Assembly (NCBI GenBank): GCA_942493215.1
Contig: OW818670.1
Coordinates: 1,099,298-1,163,297, forward strand
Source: an uncultured Bacillota bacterium
GTDB taxonomy: Bacteria > Bacillota_I > Bacilli_A > RF39 > UBA660
Length of the DNA: 64,000 nucleotides
Reading direction: 5' to 3'
Below, piece after piece: positions 10,205-19,381 of this stretch (position 1 is its first letter; each line of letters begins with the position of its first letter). The notes beneath the pieces are model-generated. The model was given only the letters and a program-made list of their open reading frames with translations, was not told the DNA's origin and ran no database searches. Position numbers and translations under genes: made by a program.

Positions 10205-12094
10205 ATGAGAGTTGATACTTCAAAAGTTTTAAAAGAATTATTTGATATTGATTTTTTTAGTTTACCACAAAAAGCTCAGATAGGATTAGATGATGTTGAA
10301 AACAATCATAATGTTAGCTGGGTAAGAGATTTATACGAGAAAAACAAAAATAATCTGGATAATATAGCTATTTTTTATCGTGGAACTAATATTACATATC
10401 GTGAAATGTTTAGTATGGCCGAAAAATATGCGGCAGCTTTTAGTAAAAAAGGTGTAAAAAAAGGTAGCGAAGTACCTATGATTATGTCCAACTGTCCAGA
10501 ATTTTTATATAGTATAATGGGTCTTAATTTACTAGGAGCTAAGTTTAATGCTTTTGGTATGTATGATAAAGAATATATAAAAGAAATTATTGATGGTTGT
10601 GATTCAGATTTTATAATATGTACTGATGATGAATATATGGGTGTAAAGGATATTATTGATGAAACAAAAATAAAAGAGCGATTAATTTTCTCTTTAACAG
10701 ATTCATTACCAAATGGTATTGATCCTTATATTAAACTTGATAGAGACTTTTATGACTTTGTTAATAGAGTACCACAATATAAGAAAGATGATAGTCGAGT
10801 ACTAGATAAAACCGATTTATTAAAGTCAATTGAAAAAGACGAAATAAAAGGTATAACCGAATATAATGAGGGAGATATTAACACAGAGTTTTCAGTTAAT
10901 TATAGTAGTGGTACAACTACCCCTCGACCTAAAGCCATAGTTCATACTAATCGTAGTTTTATAACTATTGGACGTTTCCAGGATCCAGATATGTCCGGAC
11001 TTCAGAAAATGCAAAATTTAAGAGGTTTAGCTCTTATTCCAACGCATTCTAATAGTGGAGTTATATCAAGTATGTCTGATGTTTTATATAAAGGATGTAC
11101 GGTTGCTCTTGAACCAATCTATAAAAAAGAGTTTTTTATGACTAGTGTAGCTATAAATAAACCGCACTATTTAGCTGCTGCTCGTAATATGATTGTATAT
11201 GGTGCAAAACAATTATATGGTGATCCACGTTTTAAAGGCTTTAAGATGCCTAATATGTTAATGATGACATCAGTTGGTGAGCCAACATCAAAGGGTGAAG
11301 AAAAGTTTATTAATAAGATGATGCGAAGAGCTCGTTGTATTTTCCCTTTAGCAATTGGTGGTGGTGATTGTGAACGAGGAGGAATGTTCTTTACTCCTTA
11401 TCGTTCAATCAGAAAGTTAATGAAAAATCCTAAAATGGTTTTATCTCATTCACCTTGGCAACTTGAAAATTATCCAATGGTTCAATTACAAGTTGTAGAT
11501 AAAGATGGACACAAAGTAACTGACGGTCAGGTTGGAATTCTTCTTGTTAAGACTCCAACCATGATGAAAGGTTATAAAAGCGATCCTGATGCCACTAAAA
11601 AGCAATATGCATATGATGCAAAGGGTGGAAGATGGGCTAATCTTGCAGCTTATGCTAAACGTTATGAAAATGGGACTTATGAAATGCTTGAAAGAGTAGG
11701 AAAAGAATTAGTATTAGCTGACGGGTCTAAAATGCCACTATTTTGTATTGGTAAAGAAGTTGAAAAAGATACTAAACATATATTGTCTTATGAGGTAGTG
11801 AATGTTAATAATATACCGGTTGTTCATATAGAATTTCAACCGGATGCTAAAATTAATTTATTAAAAGTATTATCTGGTGTTGAACACCGAATTGCTCTTG
11901 CATGTGGTCAAGAAATAGCTGATAAAGTATTATTTAGAATTAGAGGTTTTGAAGAAGGCTTCCAAGGAACACCAAGTGAGAAAAGAAGTTATTCAGCCTT
12001 ATTAAAGGAAGGAATAACTGACAGATGTAAAAGTCTAAAAACATGGGGAATGGTTCCAAAAGAAGTTGAATTGGTTAGAAGTACAGTTAGATAA
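10205..12094 (+). CDS. ANL-superfamily adenylate-forming enzyme (acyl-CoA synthetase / acyl-adenylate ligase-like)
   Basis: AMP-binding signature YSSGTTTPRPKAIVHTNRS; downstream GEP and GILLVKTPTMMKGY motifs; start refined to ATG 10205 after AAGGGGAGG. Confidence 0.8.
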   Translation: MRVDTSKVLKELFDIDFFSLPQKAQIGLDDVENNHNVSWVRDLYEKNKNNLDNIAIFYRGTNITYREMFSMAEKYAAAFSKKGVKKGSEVPMIMSNCPEFLYSIMGLNLLGAKFNAFGMYDKEYIKEIIDGCDSDFIICTDDEYMGVKDIIDETKIKERLIFSLTDSLPNGIDPYIKLDRDFYDFVNRVPQYKKDDSRVLDKTDLLKSIEKDEIKGITEYNEGDINTEFSVNYSSGTTTPRPKAIVHTNRSFITIGRFQDPDMSGLQKMQNLRGLALIPTHSNSGVISSMSDVLYKGCTVALEPIYKKEFFMTSVAINKPHYLAAARNMIVYGAKQLYGDPRFKGFKMPNMLMMTSVGEPTSKGEEKFINKMMRRARCIFPLAIGGGDCERGGMFFTPYRSIRKLMKNPKMVLSHSPWQLENYPMVQLQVVDKDGHKVTDGQVGILLVKTPTMMKGYKSDPDATKKQYAYDAKGGRWANLAAYAKRYENGTYEMLERVGKELVLADGSKMPLFCIGKEVEKDTKHILSYEVVNVNNIPVVHIEFQPDAKINLLKVLSGVEHRIALACGQEIADKVLFRIRGFEEGFQGTPSEKRSYSALLKEGITDRCKSLKTWGMVPKEVELVRSTVR

Positions 12095-12182
12095 AAAATA
12101 AAAAATATTATATATTAAATTATATAATATTTTTTTGTTAAAAGTAGTGGTATAATCTATATAGTAAGTGAGGCAATAGGCT

Positions 12183-14060
12183 ATGGGAATTTCATTTATT
12201 ATATCTGGATTATGTATGAGTTTACTAATTAATTTAGTCTATTTTTCCAAAAAAAGAATAGATAGTTTTGAAACCAAAATATATGGATATTTATTATTAG
12301 CTAATTTATTTGGTTTATTAGTGGAATTGAGTTGTGGTTTATTGGTGCCACTTTATGATATACCAAAGTTATTACAAGATATCTTTGTGAAAACTTATTT
12401 GTTGTATTTAGTTGGTTGGTCAATACTATTTTTTTATTATGTTATTATTGCTAATAATCAAAACTATAGTAAAATAAGAGAAAAACTAAAAAAAATAACA
12501 ACCGTATTATTTGGTGTCATAGCGTTGCTAATTATTTTATTACCAATTGAACATATCGTTTTAAATGATAATGCTGTATACTCACAAGGCTTTGCTGTAA
12601 GTGTAACATATATTTTTACAGGAGTAGCCATTTTAGCCATGTTTATAGTTATAATGACCAATATCAAAAATATTAAAAGTAAAAAAAATATACCATTATT
12701 GGCATTTATGTTATTAGGGACTTTAGTAACAATTATTCAAGCTACACATCCTGAATTACTAATTGTTACGGCTATGGAATCATATGTTTCATTAATTATG
12801 TATTTTACTATTGAAAATCCCGATGTAAAGATGGTTCATGAGATGGAACTGTCTAAAGATCAAGCCGAAAAAGCTAATCGGGCTAAATCAGATTTTTTGT
12901 CTAGTATGTCTCATGAAATAAGAACACCATTAAATGCGATTGTTGGTTTTAGTGAATTAAATGAGAATGTTAAGACTTTAGAAGAAGCTAAAGAAAACTC
13001 ACGTGATGTTGTGAAAGCTTCGCACACCTTACTAGAAATAATCAATGGCGTATTGGATATATCAAGAATTGAATCAGGTAAGATGGAAATAACCAATGCC
13101 AATTATAATCCCATTGAGATGCTTAATAATATCATTAAAATAGTTAATTATCGGTTTGAGGAAAAGAAATTACAATTTAATATTCATATAGCTCCTGATC
13201 TTCCGATTTTATTATATGGAGATCGTCTTAATATTCAGAAAATAATCACCAATTTACTTACCAATGCGGCTAAATATACCAATGCTGGCCATGTTGATTT
13301 TGTGGTTAATTGTCTTATTAAAAATGATATATGTCGGTTATTTATATCGGTAGAAGATACTGGTAGAGGTATAAAACCAGAGGACATTAATAAATTATTT
13401 ACCAAGTTTAATCGTCTTGAAGAAGATCGTAATACAACTACGGAAGGAACAGGTTTAGGACTTGCTATAACTAAACATTTAGTTGAACTAATGGGTGGAG
13501 ATATAACTATCCAAAGTGTTTATGGACAGGGATCAAAATTTACGGTAGCGATTAATCAAGGTATTAAGAAACCAGAAAATAATCCTGTCGAAATAAATAA
13601 TAAAAATAGTAATACCAATATAATTCAATCTAATGATAATGAGAATGATATTGAAATACTAGATATAGAAGAACCAAAACAAGAATGGGGTTTAACTGAT
13701 AAGAAAGTATTATTAATAGACGATAATAAAATGAATTTAAAAATCGCATCTAAATTTTTACTCAATTATAAATGTCAAGTATCAGAAGCTACTAGTGGAC
13801 AAGAATGTATTGATCTTATTAATCGTGGTGAAAAATACGATTTATTATTAGCTGATGATATGATGCCTAATATGAGCGGATTAGAAATGATGAAACAATT
13901 AAAACAAAAAGGTTATACTGTACCTATAGTTGTATTAACAGCAAATGCGATGGATGGCGAAAGAGAAAAATATCTAGCAGAAGGTTTTGATGATTATTTA
14001 GGTAAACCCATTATTAAACAAGAGTTAGATAGAGTATTTAAAAAGTTTTTTGAACATTAA
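12183..14060 (+). CDS. hybrid sensor histidine kinase, paralog of 8116..10020 with a divergent membrane sensor domain
   Basis: Identical H-box and G-box motifs and receiver domain; kinase+REC half about 93% identical at nucleotide level to the first copy; N-terminal TM sensor unrelated in sequence. Confidence 0.85.
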   Translation: MGISFIISGLCMSLLINLVYFSKKRIDSFETKIYGYLLLANLFGLLVELSCGLLVPLYDIPKLLQDIFVKTYLLYLVGWSILFFYYVIIANNQNYSKIREKLKKITTVLFGVIALLIILLPIEHIVLNDNAVYSQGFAVSVTYIFTGVAILAMFIVIMTNIKNIKSKKNIPLLAFMLLGTLVTIIQATHPELLIVTAMESYVSLIMYFTIENPDVKMVHEMELSKDQAEKANRAKSDFLSSMSHEIRTPLNAIVGFSELNENVKTLEEAKENSRDVVKASHTLLEIINGVLDISRIESGKMEITNANYNPIEMLNNIIKIVNYRFEEKKLQFNIHIAPDLPILLYGDRLNIQKIITNLLTNAAKYTNAGHVDFVVNCLIKNDICRLFISVEDTGRGIKPEDINKLFTKFNRLEEDRNTTTEGTGLGLAITKHLVELMGGDITIQSVYGQGSKFTVAINQGIKKPENNPVEINNKNSNTNIIQSNDNENDIEILDIEEPKQEWGLTDKKVLLIDDNKMNLKIASKFLLNYKCQVSEATSGQECIDLINRGEKYDLLLADDMMPNMSGLEMMKQLKQKGYTVPIVVLTANAMDGEREKYLAEGFDDYLGKPIIKQELDRVFKKFFEH

Positions 14061-14111
14061 ACATATAACGATAAAAATAATTAATTTATGGTAACTATAT
14101 ATGGAGGATAT

Positions 14112-14603
14112 ATGAGTAAAAGTATAAGGGTTGTTGATAATAATACCAAATTTAAACTTCGAGTAGCAGGTTTATTAATAAAAGATAATCAATTATTAGT
14201 TGATGAAGCAAATAATTGTGGTTTTAAATGTTTGCCTGGTGGATATGTTCAATTATTAGAAAGTACAACAATAGCTTTAGAAAGAGAAATGTTTGAAGAA
14301 TTGGGTTTTCAAATTGAAGTCGACAAGCTTTATGGGATTATTGAAAATTTCTTTGTTAATAAATACAGTGAAAATGTTCATGAGATTTGTTTTTATTATT
14401 TAGTAAATGCTAAAGACAATAAAATATTAGATCAAAATAAGTTTAATATAAAAGAGTTAGATAATGGGATGATGATTAATCATAATTATGAATGGGTAGA
14501 CTTTAATTTACTAGAGGGTGCTAATTTTAAGCCAATTGCCTTAATTGATAAATTATTAAGAAAAGATTTTAATCTTTTTCATCTAATCCATAAGGATAGT
14601 TAG
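14112..14603 (+). CDS. NUDIX hydrolase
   Basis: Nudix box GGYVQLLESTTIALEREMFEELGF (G.5E.7REuxEExGu pattern); start refined to ATG 14112 after GGAGG. Confidence 0.8.
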   Translation: MSKSIRVVDNNTKFKLRVAGLLIKDNQLLVDEANNCGFKCLPGGYVQLLESTTIALEREMFEELGFQIEVDKLYGIIENFFVNKYSENVHEICFYYLVNAKDNKILDQNKFNIKELDNGMMINHNYEWVDFNLLEGANFKPIALIDKLLRKDFNLFHLIHKDS

Positions 14604-14716
14604 GTTTATATATTTTGAAAAGAACTTAAATATTATGTATTTAAGTTCTATTTATAAGCATTGAATTAATCTTCCTTTTATGTTATTATTAAATAAGAAA
14701 AAGGATGGATGAATTA

Positions 14717-15355
14717 ATGAAAAAAAGAGGATTCACTTTAGTTGAAGTAATGAGTGTTATTGTTATTATTGGTATTATTGCTCTTGTAACCATTCCTTTA
14801 GTTGATAAGGAAATAAAAAAAGGCAAGACTGGTCTTTATAATTCTCAAATTAAAGTTATTGAATTAGCGGCTAAAGATTGGGCTAGTGATAATGCTCTTA
14901 ATCTGCCTAAAAATGATGGTGAACAAATAACTTTAACTGTTTTACAACTAAAAGGGGCAGGTAAATTAGATTTTAATTTAATTGATCCTATTAGTGAAAG
15001 AATGTTCGATGATAATATGGAAGTAACTATAACAAGGGATCAGAAAAATTATATTTATGATGTCATTGATAAAGATGGTAGCGGTAATACTTATCTCCAA
15101 GATTTAACAGAATTTAATAATAATACACCAATAATTGAACTAAATGGTAGTAATATTGTTTATATGAATCAAGGAGATACTTATACTGATTTAGGTTGTA
15201 CAGCTAAAGACTATAATGGTGATACGGTTAGTTGCAGTTTAGACAGTGGTAGTGTTAGTATTTATACACCTGGTCCTTATGTTCTAACATATCAGGCTAC
15301 TAATCAAGGCATTACTAGTTCTGTTAAACGAACAGTCGTCGTTGTCGCCATATAG
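14717..15355 (+). CDS. prepilin-type N-terminal cleavage/methylation domain protein (type IV pilin / ComGC-like pseudopilin) with C-terminal Ig-like domain
   Basis: Class III leader MKKRG|FTLVEVMSVIVIIGIIALV (conserved Glu +5); beta-rich C-terminal domain; orphan, with no pilus assembly genes nearby. Confidence 0.6.
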   Translation: MKKRGFTLVEVMSVIVIIGIIALVTIPLVDKEIKKGKTGLYNSQIKVIELAAKDWASDNALNLPKNDGEQITLTVLQLKGAGKLDFNLIDPISERMFDDNMEVTITRDQKNYIYDVIDKDGSGNTYLQDLTEFNNNTPIIELNGSNIVYMNQGDTYTDLGCTAKDYNGDTVSCSLDSGSVSIYTPGPYVLTYQATNQGITSSVKRTVVVVAI

Positions 15356-15367
15356 AAGAGGTAAAAA

Positions 15368-16093
15368 ATGATTTATACGTCAATTGATAATAAAAAAATA
15401 AAAGAAATTAAAAAATTGCAGACTAAAAAATATCGCGATGAAATGGGCCTTTTCTTAGTTGAAGGTGAACATTTAGTTTTAGAGGCATATCAATCGGGTT
15501 CATTGAAGACCTTAATTCTATGTAATATGGAGTTAAAACTTAATGTTGAAACAATGGAAGTAACACCTAATGTTATTAAATATTTAAGCGAATTAGAGAC
15601 ACCATCTAATATTATGGGTATATGCTATAAGATAAAAGAAGAAGAAATAAAAGGGGATAAAATACTTCTTTTAGATGATATTCAAGATCCTGGTAATTTA
15701 GGAACCATTATTCGTAGTGCTGTCGCATTTAATATTAATACTATCATCATGAGTCCTAAAACGGTTGATTTATACAATTCTAAGGTAATAAGAGGTAGTC
15801 AAGGTCTATTATTTCATATCAATATAATAGTTAAAGATTTGAGTGTAATAATACCAATATTAAAAAATAATGGTTATCTTACTTTAGGAACAAGAGTAAA
15901 TGGTGGAAAAAGTCTAAAAAGGGTTGAAAAAGAAAATAAATTTGCTATAATAATGGGTAACGAAGGAAAAGGTCTTAATGAGTGTATTCAAAACTTATGT
16001 GATGATTTCCTTTATATTGAAATGAATAAACAGTGTGAAAGCCTAAATGTGGCAGTCGCAACCAGTATTATTCTTTATGAATTAAATAAGTAG
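15368..16093 (+). CDS. TrmH/SpoU-family RNA 2'-O-methyltransferase
   Basis: SPOUT motifs LLLDDIQDPGNLGTIIRSA, IIMGNEGKGL, LNVAVATSIILYEL. Confidence 0.8.
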   Translation: MIYTSIDNKKIKEIKKLQTKKYRDEMGLFLVEGEHLVLEAYQSGSLKTLILCNMELKLNVETMEVTPNVIKYLSELETPSNIMGICYKIKEEEIKGDKILLLDDIQDPGNLGTIIRSAVAFNINTIIMSPKTVDLYNSKVIRGSQGLLFHINIIVKDLSVIIPILKNNGYLTLGTRVNGGKSLKRVEKENKFAIIMGNEGKGLNECIQNLCDDFLYIEMNKQCESLNVAVATSIILYELNK

Positions 16094-16100
16094 GTGGGTT

Positions 16101-16586
16101 ATGGAATATATTTATGTTGGTGATATCGTTAATACTCATGGGCTAAAAGGAGAACTAAGAATAATTTCTGATTTTCCTTATAAAGATCAAATTTTTAAAA
16201 CTGATTTTAAATTATACGTTGGTCAAAGAAAAGAAGAGTTAATTATAAAAAAATATCGGCAACATAAAATATATGACATGGTTACCTTAAATGGTGTAGA
16301 TGACATTAATGAAGCTATTATTTATAAAGGTGATGCGGTTTATATTAATCGTGAAGATTTAAGAGTAGGCGATTATTTAGATGAAGATCTTATTGGTTTA
16401 AAGGTTTATAGTAATAATAAATTACTAGGTGTTATAACAGCAATAAGAACAAGTAAAGCTCATAAGATTGTTGTTGTTAATGATAAATACTTAATACCTA
16501 AAGTCAGTGCTTTTATAAATAAAATTGATTTAGATAATAAAAGAATGGATATTAATGAAATAGAGGGGTTAATAGATGAAAATTGA
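16101..16586 (+). CDS. rimM: 16S rRNA processing protein RimM
   Basis: VGDIVNTHGLKGELRI N-terminus and PRC-barrel C-terminus; conserved position directly upstream of trmD. Confidence 0.85.
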   Translation: MEYIYVGDIVNTHGLKGELRIISDFPYKDQIFKTDFKLYVGQRKEELIIKKYRQHKIYDMVTLNGVDDINEAIIYKGDAVYINREDLRVGDYLDEDLIGLKVYSNNKLLGVITAIRTSKAHKIVVVNDKYLIPKVSAFINKIDLDNKRMDINEIEGLIDEN

Positions 16587-17244
16587 TATTTTAACTTTAT
16601 TTCCTGATATGTTTACAGTATTCTTAAATACATCAATTATTAAAAGAACGATTGATAAGGGTATTGTTACCATTAATATTCATAATATAAGAGATTATTC
16701 CCTAGATCCTCATCATAAAGTTGATGACTATCAATTTGGTGGTGGTAGTGGTATGATTTTAATGCCAGAGCCAATATTTAGAGCGGTTGATGCATTAAGA
16801 AGTGATGATTCTTATATAATATTAATGACACCTCAAGGTATTCCTTATCATCAAGCTAAAGCTTATGAATTAAAAGAAAAAAAACATTTAATTATTATTT
16901 GTGGTCATTATGAAGGATTTGATGAACGGATTAGAACATTAGCTGATATGGAAATAAGTATTGGTGATTATGTATTAACTGGGGGAGAGATTCCTAGCAT
17001 GGTTATTACTGATAGTGTTGTTCGTTTGTTAGATGGGGCAATAGATGAAGAATCACATAAAAATGACTCTTTTAATAATAATTTATTAGATTATCCTGTA
17101 TATACTAAACCTCAAAGTTATCAGAGTTTAGATGTACCAGAGGTATTATTATCAGGACATCATGAAAATATTAATAAATGGCGCAAAGAACAAAGCGTTA
17201 AAAGAACTCTAGAACGTCGACCTGACTTATTAGAAAAGAGATGA
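16576..17244 (+). CDS. trmD: tRNA (guanine37-N1)-methyltransferase TrmD
   Basis: MKIDILTLFPDMF, DDYQFGGGSGMILMPEP, ICGHYEGFDERI signatures. Confidence 0.9.
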   Translation: MKIDILTLFPDMFTVFLNTSIIKRTIDKGIVTINIHNIRDYSLDPHHKVDDYQFGGGSGMILMPEPIFRAVDALRSDDSYIILMTPQGIPYHQAKAYELKEKKHLIIICGHYEGFDERIRTLADMEISIGDYVLTGGEIPSMVITDSVVRLLDGAIDEESHKNDSFNNNLLDYPVYTKPQSYQSLDVPEVLLSGHHENINKWRKEQSVKRTLERRPDLLEKR

Positions 17245-17248
17245 TAAT

Positions 17249-17725
17249 ATGGTAGAAAAATGTTATTTTTTAGTAAAAGATAAAAAGAAACAAAAAGAAC
17301 TTATTATCACAGATTACCAACCAATTGAAGGCTTTCACGTTAAACCTCGTAATCGTATTAATTATGATGGTATTATGGTAAATCAAATGGTTATAATTAA
17401 GCCGGCCTTTATTCAAAAAGTTTTAAAAAGAAAAACCCAACGTAAATTAGATATGTATTTACAATTTATTATTGGGATGTTAGATAATGATGAAGATAGT
17501 GATGGTGAAACACTACATTCAGCTTTAAATGATCTTTCAAGATATCGTAGTATTGTTAATGGTAATTATCGTCGCTTTTTAGATGAAAAATATATTACTT
17601 TATTACTAAAGAAAATGGAATTATTGGAACAAGAAATTAAGAAACGTTTATTTAAAATTGAAATGCAACAATATAAAAAGAATACTGATACGGTTGAAGA
17701 AGAAAAAGCAAAAAAATCACGATAA
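17249..17725 (+). CDS. hypothetical protein inserted between trmD and rplS
   Basis: ORF with coding-like composition; no recognizable motif. Confidence 0.45.
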   Translation: MVEKCYFLVKDKKKQKELIITDYQPIEGFHVKPRNRINYDGIMVNQMVIIKPAFIQKVLKRKTQRKLDMYLQFIIGMLDNDEDSDGETLHSALNDLSRYRSIVNGNYRRFLDEKYITLLLKKMELLEQEIKKRLFKIEMQQYKKNTDTVEEEKAKKSR

Positions 17726-17845
17726 TCCTTGCATTTATAAATTAATTGTGATAAAATCGTACTGTTGGTGATCCGCTGATTCTAAAAAGACTCTAAAATA
17801 TTATATATATATCATGATCACATAAAAAACAAAGGAGATGGCAAA

Positions 17846-18184
17846 ATGAATTTAGTTGAAAAAGTAACTAAGAAACAAATTAGAACAGACGTTCCTGAAT
17901 TTAGAGTTGGAGATACTGTTCGTGTCGATGTAAAGATTACCGAAGGTAAAAGAGAAAGAACACAAGCATATGAAGGAATTGTAACAGCAATTAAAAATTC
18001 TGGATTAGGTAAAAACTTTATTGTTCGTAAACAATCTGGTGGTGTCGGAGTTGAAAGAACATTCTTAATTAATTCCCCAGTTGTTGATAAAATAACAGTT
18101 GTTCGTAAAGGTCGCGTTCGTCGCGCTAAATTAAATTACCTAAGAAATCTTGTAAGTCAACCAAAAATAAAAGAAAGAAATTAA
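17846..18184 (+). CDS. rplS: 50S ribosomal protein L19
   Basis: FRVGDTVRVDVKITEGKRERTQAYEGIV... classic bL19 sequence. Confidence 0.95.
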   Translation: MNLVEKVTKKQIRTDVPEFRVGDTVRVDVKITEGKRERTQAYEGIVTAIKNSGLGKNFIVRKQSGGVGVERTFLINSPVVDKITVVRKGRVRRAKLNYLRNLVSQPKIKERN

Positions 18185-18185
18185 G

Positions 18186-18206
18186 GCATATAATGCCTTA
18201 TTTTTG
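18186..18206 (+). terminator. intrinsic terminator after rplS (GGCAT-ataa-TGCC + T-run)
   Basis: Hairpin followed by TTATTTTT. Confidence 0.5.
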
Positions 18207-18217
18207 TAGGTGGATAT

Positions 18218-18715
18218 GTGAAATACGTAAAAGAGATATTACCTTATCTTATTACAATTATTATTGTAGTATTAATTAGAAGTTTTATTATAACACCAGT
18301 TAGAGTTGATGGTTCATCAATGCATCCAACCCTGATTAATAATCAAATTCTCTTATTAGAAAAATTTGACCATAACTATAAACGCTTTGATATTGTTGTT
18401 TTATATTATAATGATGAACGTTTAGTGAAAAGAGTAATTGGTTTACCAGGTGAGACAGTAGCCTACAAAAATAATAAGTTATATGTTAATAATAAAGAGA
18501 TAAAGGAAAACTTCATCAATGTTGATACTAGCGATTTTGAACTATCTGACATTGGTGAAACAAAAATTCCGGAAGGTAAATATTTTGTAGTAGGAGATAA
18601 CAGGGGAGCATCAACTGATAGTCGAATTATTGGACTAATAGCGGATGATACTATTCAAGGTAAAATTGTATATTCATTATACCCTTTTAATAGATTTGGG
18701 AAAGTAGAAAAATAG
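18218..18715 (+). CDS. lepB: signal peptidase I
   Basis: S26 boxes VDGSSMHPTL, KRVIGLPGETV, GDNRGASTDSR; GTG start. Confidence 0.85.
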   Translation: MKYVKEILPYLITIIIVVLIRSFIITPVRVDGSSMHPTLINNQILLLEKFDHNYKRFDIVVLYYNDERLVKRVIGLPGETVAYKNNKLYVNNKEIKENFINVDTSDFELSDIGETKIPEGKYFVVGDNRGASTDSRIIGLIADDTIQGKIVYSLYPFNRFGKVEK

Positions 18716-18794
18716 TTTTCTACTTTTTTTAGCTAGTTTTGTCGAAACAAAACAAATCATTTTTACTTTGTGATAGTATCATATTGGTGATCTT

Positions 18795-19034
18795 ATGTTA
18801 ACAGTGGAAATGAAGTATTATAATAATACCTTATATGTTATTTTAGCAGGTAAAGCAAATAATAATAATTTAAAAAATTTAAGAAAAAGAATTCAATACT
18901 TGAAAAATGAATTTATGATTAGTAATATTGTTATTAGCGTTAAAGATGTCATTAATACTGATACAGAAATGGTTTATGATTTCTTAGAAGAATATGATAA
19001 TGAATATGGTAAAAAGATGTTGTTAGTGGAATAG
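18795..19034 (+). CDS. small hypothetical protein (possibly STAS / anti-sigma antagonist-like; weak)
   Basis: 79-aa ORF; loose resemblance to the SpoIIAA N-terminal pattern (EMKYYNNTLYVILAG). Confidence 0.3.
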   Translation: MLTVEMKYYNNTLYVILAGKANNNNLKNLRKRIQYLKNEFMISNIVISVKDVINTDTEMVYDFLEEYDNEYGKKMLLVE

Positions 19035-19138
19035 AATATAGAAGCCGATGATAAGTTAATATCACCGGCTTTTATATTGTTTAAAACATAAATTAGTCCA
19101 TTTAATAATAAACTTAATATGAAGCGAAGGGGATTTCT

Positions 19139-19378
19139 ATGAGAGCTATCAACAAATTAAGAAGTTATATATTAGAAGAAGAATTCCGGATTAATATTCT
19201 TGATAATAAAATAAATATTGTTAATTATACGAAGATTGGTAATATTACTGAAAATAATATTGATATATATAATGAGGAAACAAAAATTATTATTAAAGGT
19301 AAAAATTTAGTTATTAGTAAATTAGTGGATAATGAAATGCTCATCACCGGAATCATTAAAAGTATAGAATTAGGGTGA
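19139..19378 (+). CDS. yqfC: YqfC/YabP-family sporulation protein-like
   Basis: About 80-aa beta-rich protein in the position corresponding to B. subtilis yqfC-yqfD...ybeY-dgkA-cdd-era-recO; RBS AAGGGGA. Confidence 0.5.
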   Translation: MRAINKLRSYILEEEFRINILDNKINIVNYTKIGNITENNIDIYNEETKIIIKGKNLVISKLVDNEMLITGIIKSIELG

Positions 19379-19381
19379 GAT

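Noticed and set aside
12464-13102. Two short minus-strand ORFs (12464..12667, 12911..13102) within the second histidine kinase
   Set aside because: Antisense to a strongly supported CDS; hydrophobic junk translations.
8116-14060. Possibility that the duplicated histidine-kinase halves represent an IS or transposon
   Set aside because: Repeats are in-frame gene segments with intact HisKA/HATPase/REC motifs and no transposase or inverted terminal repeats.
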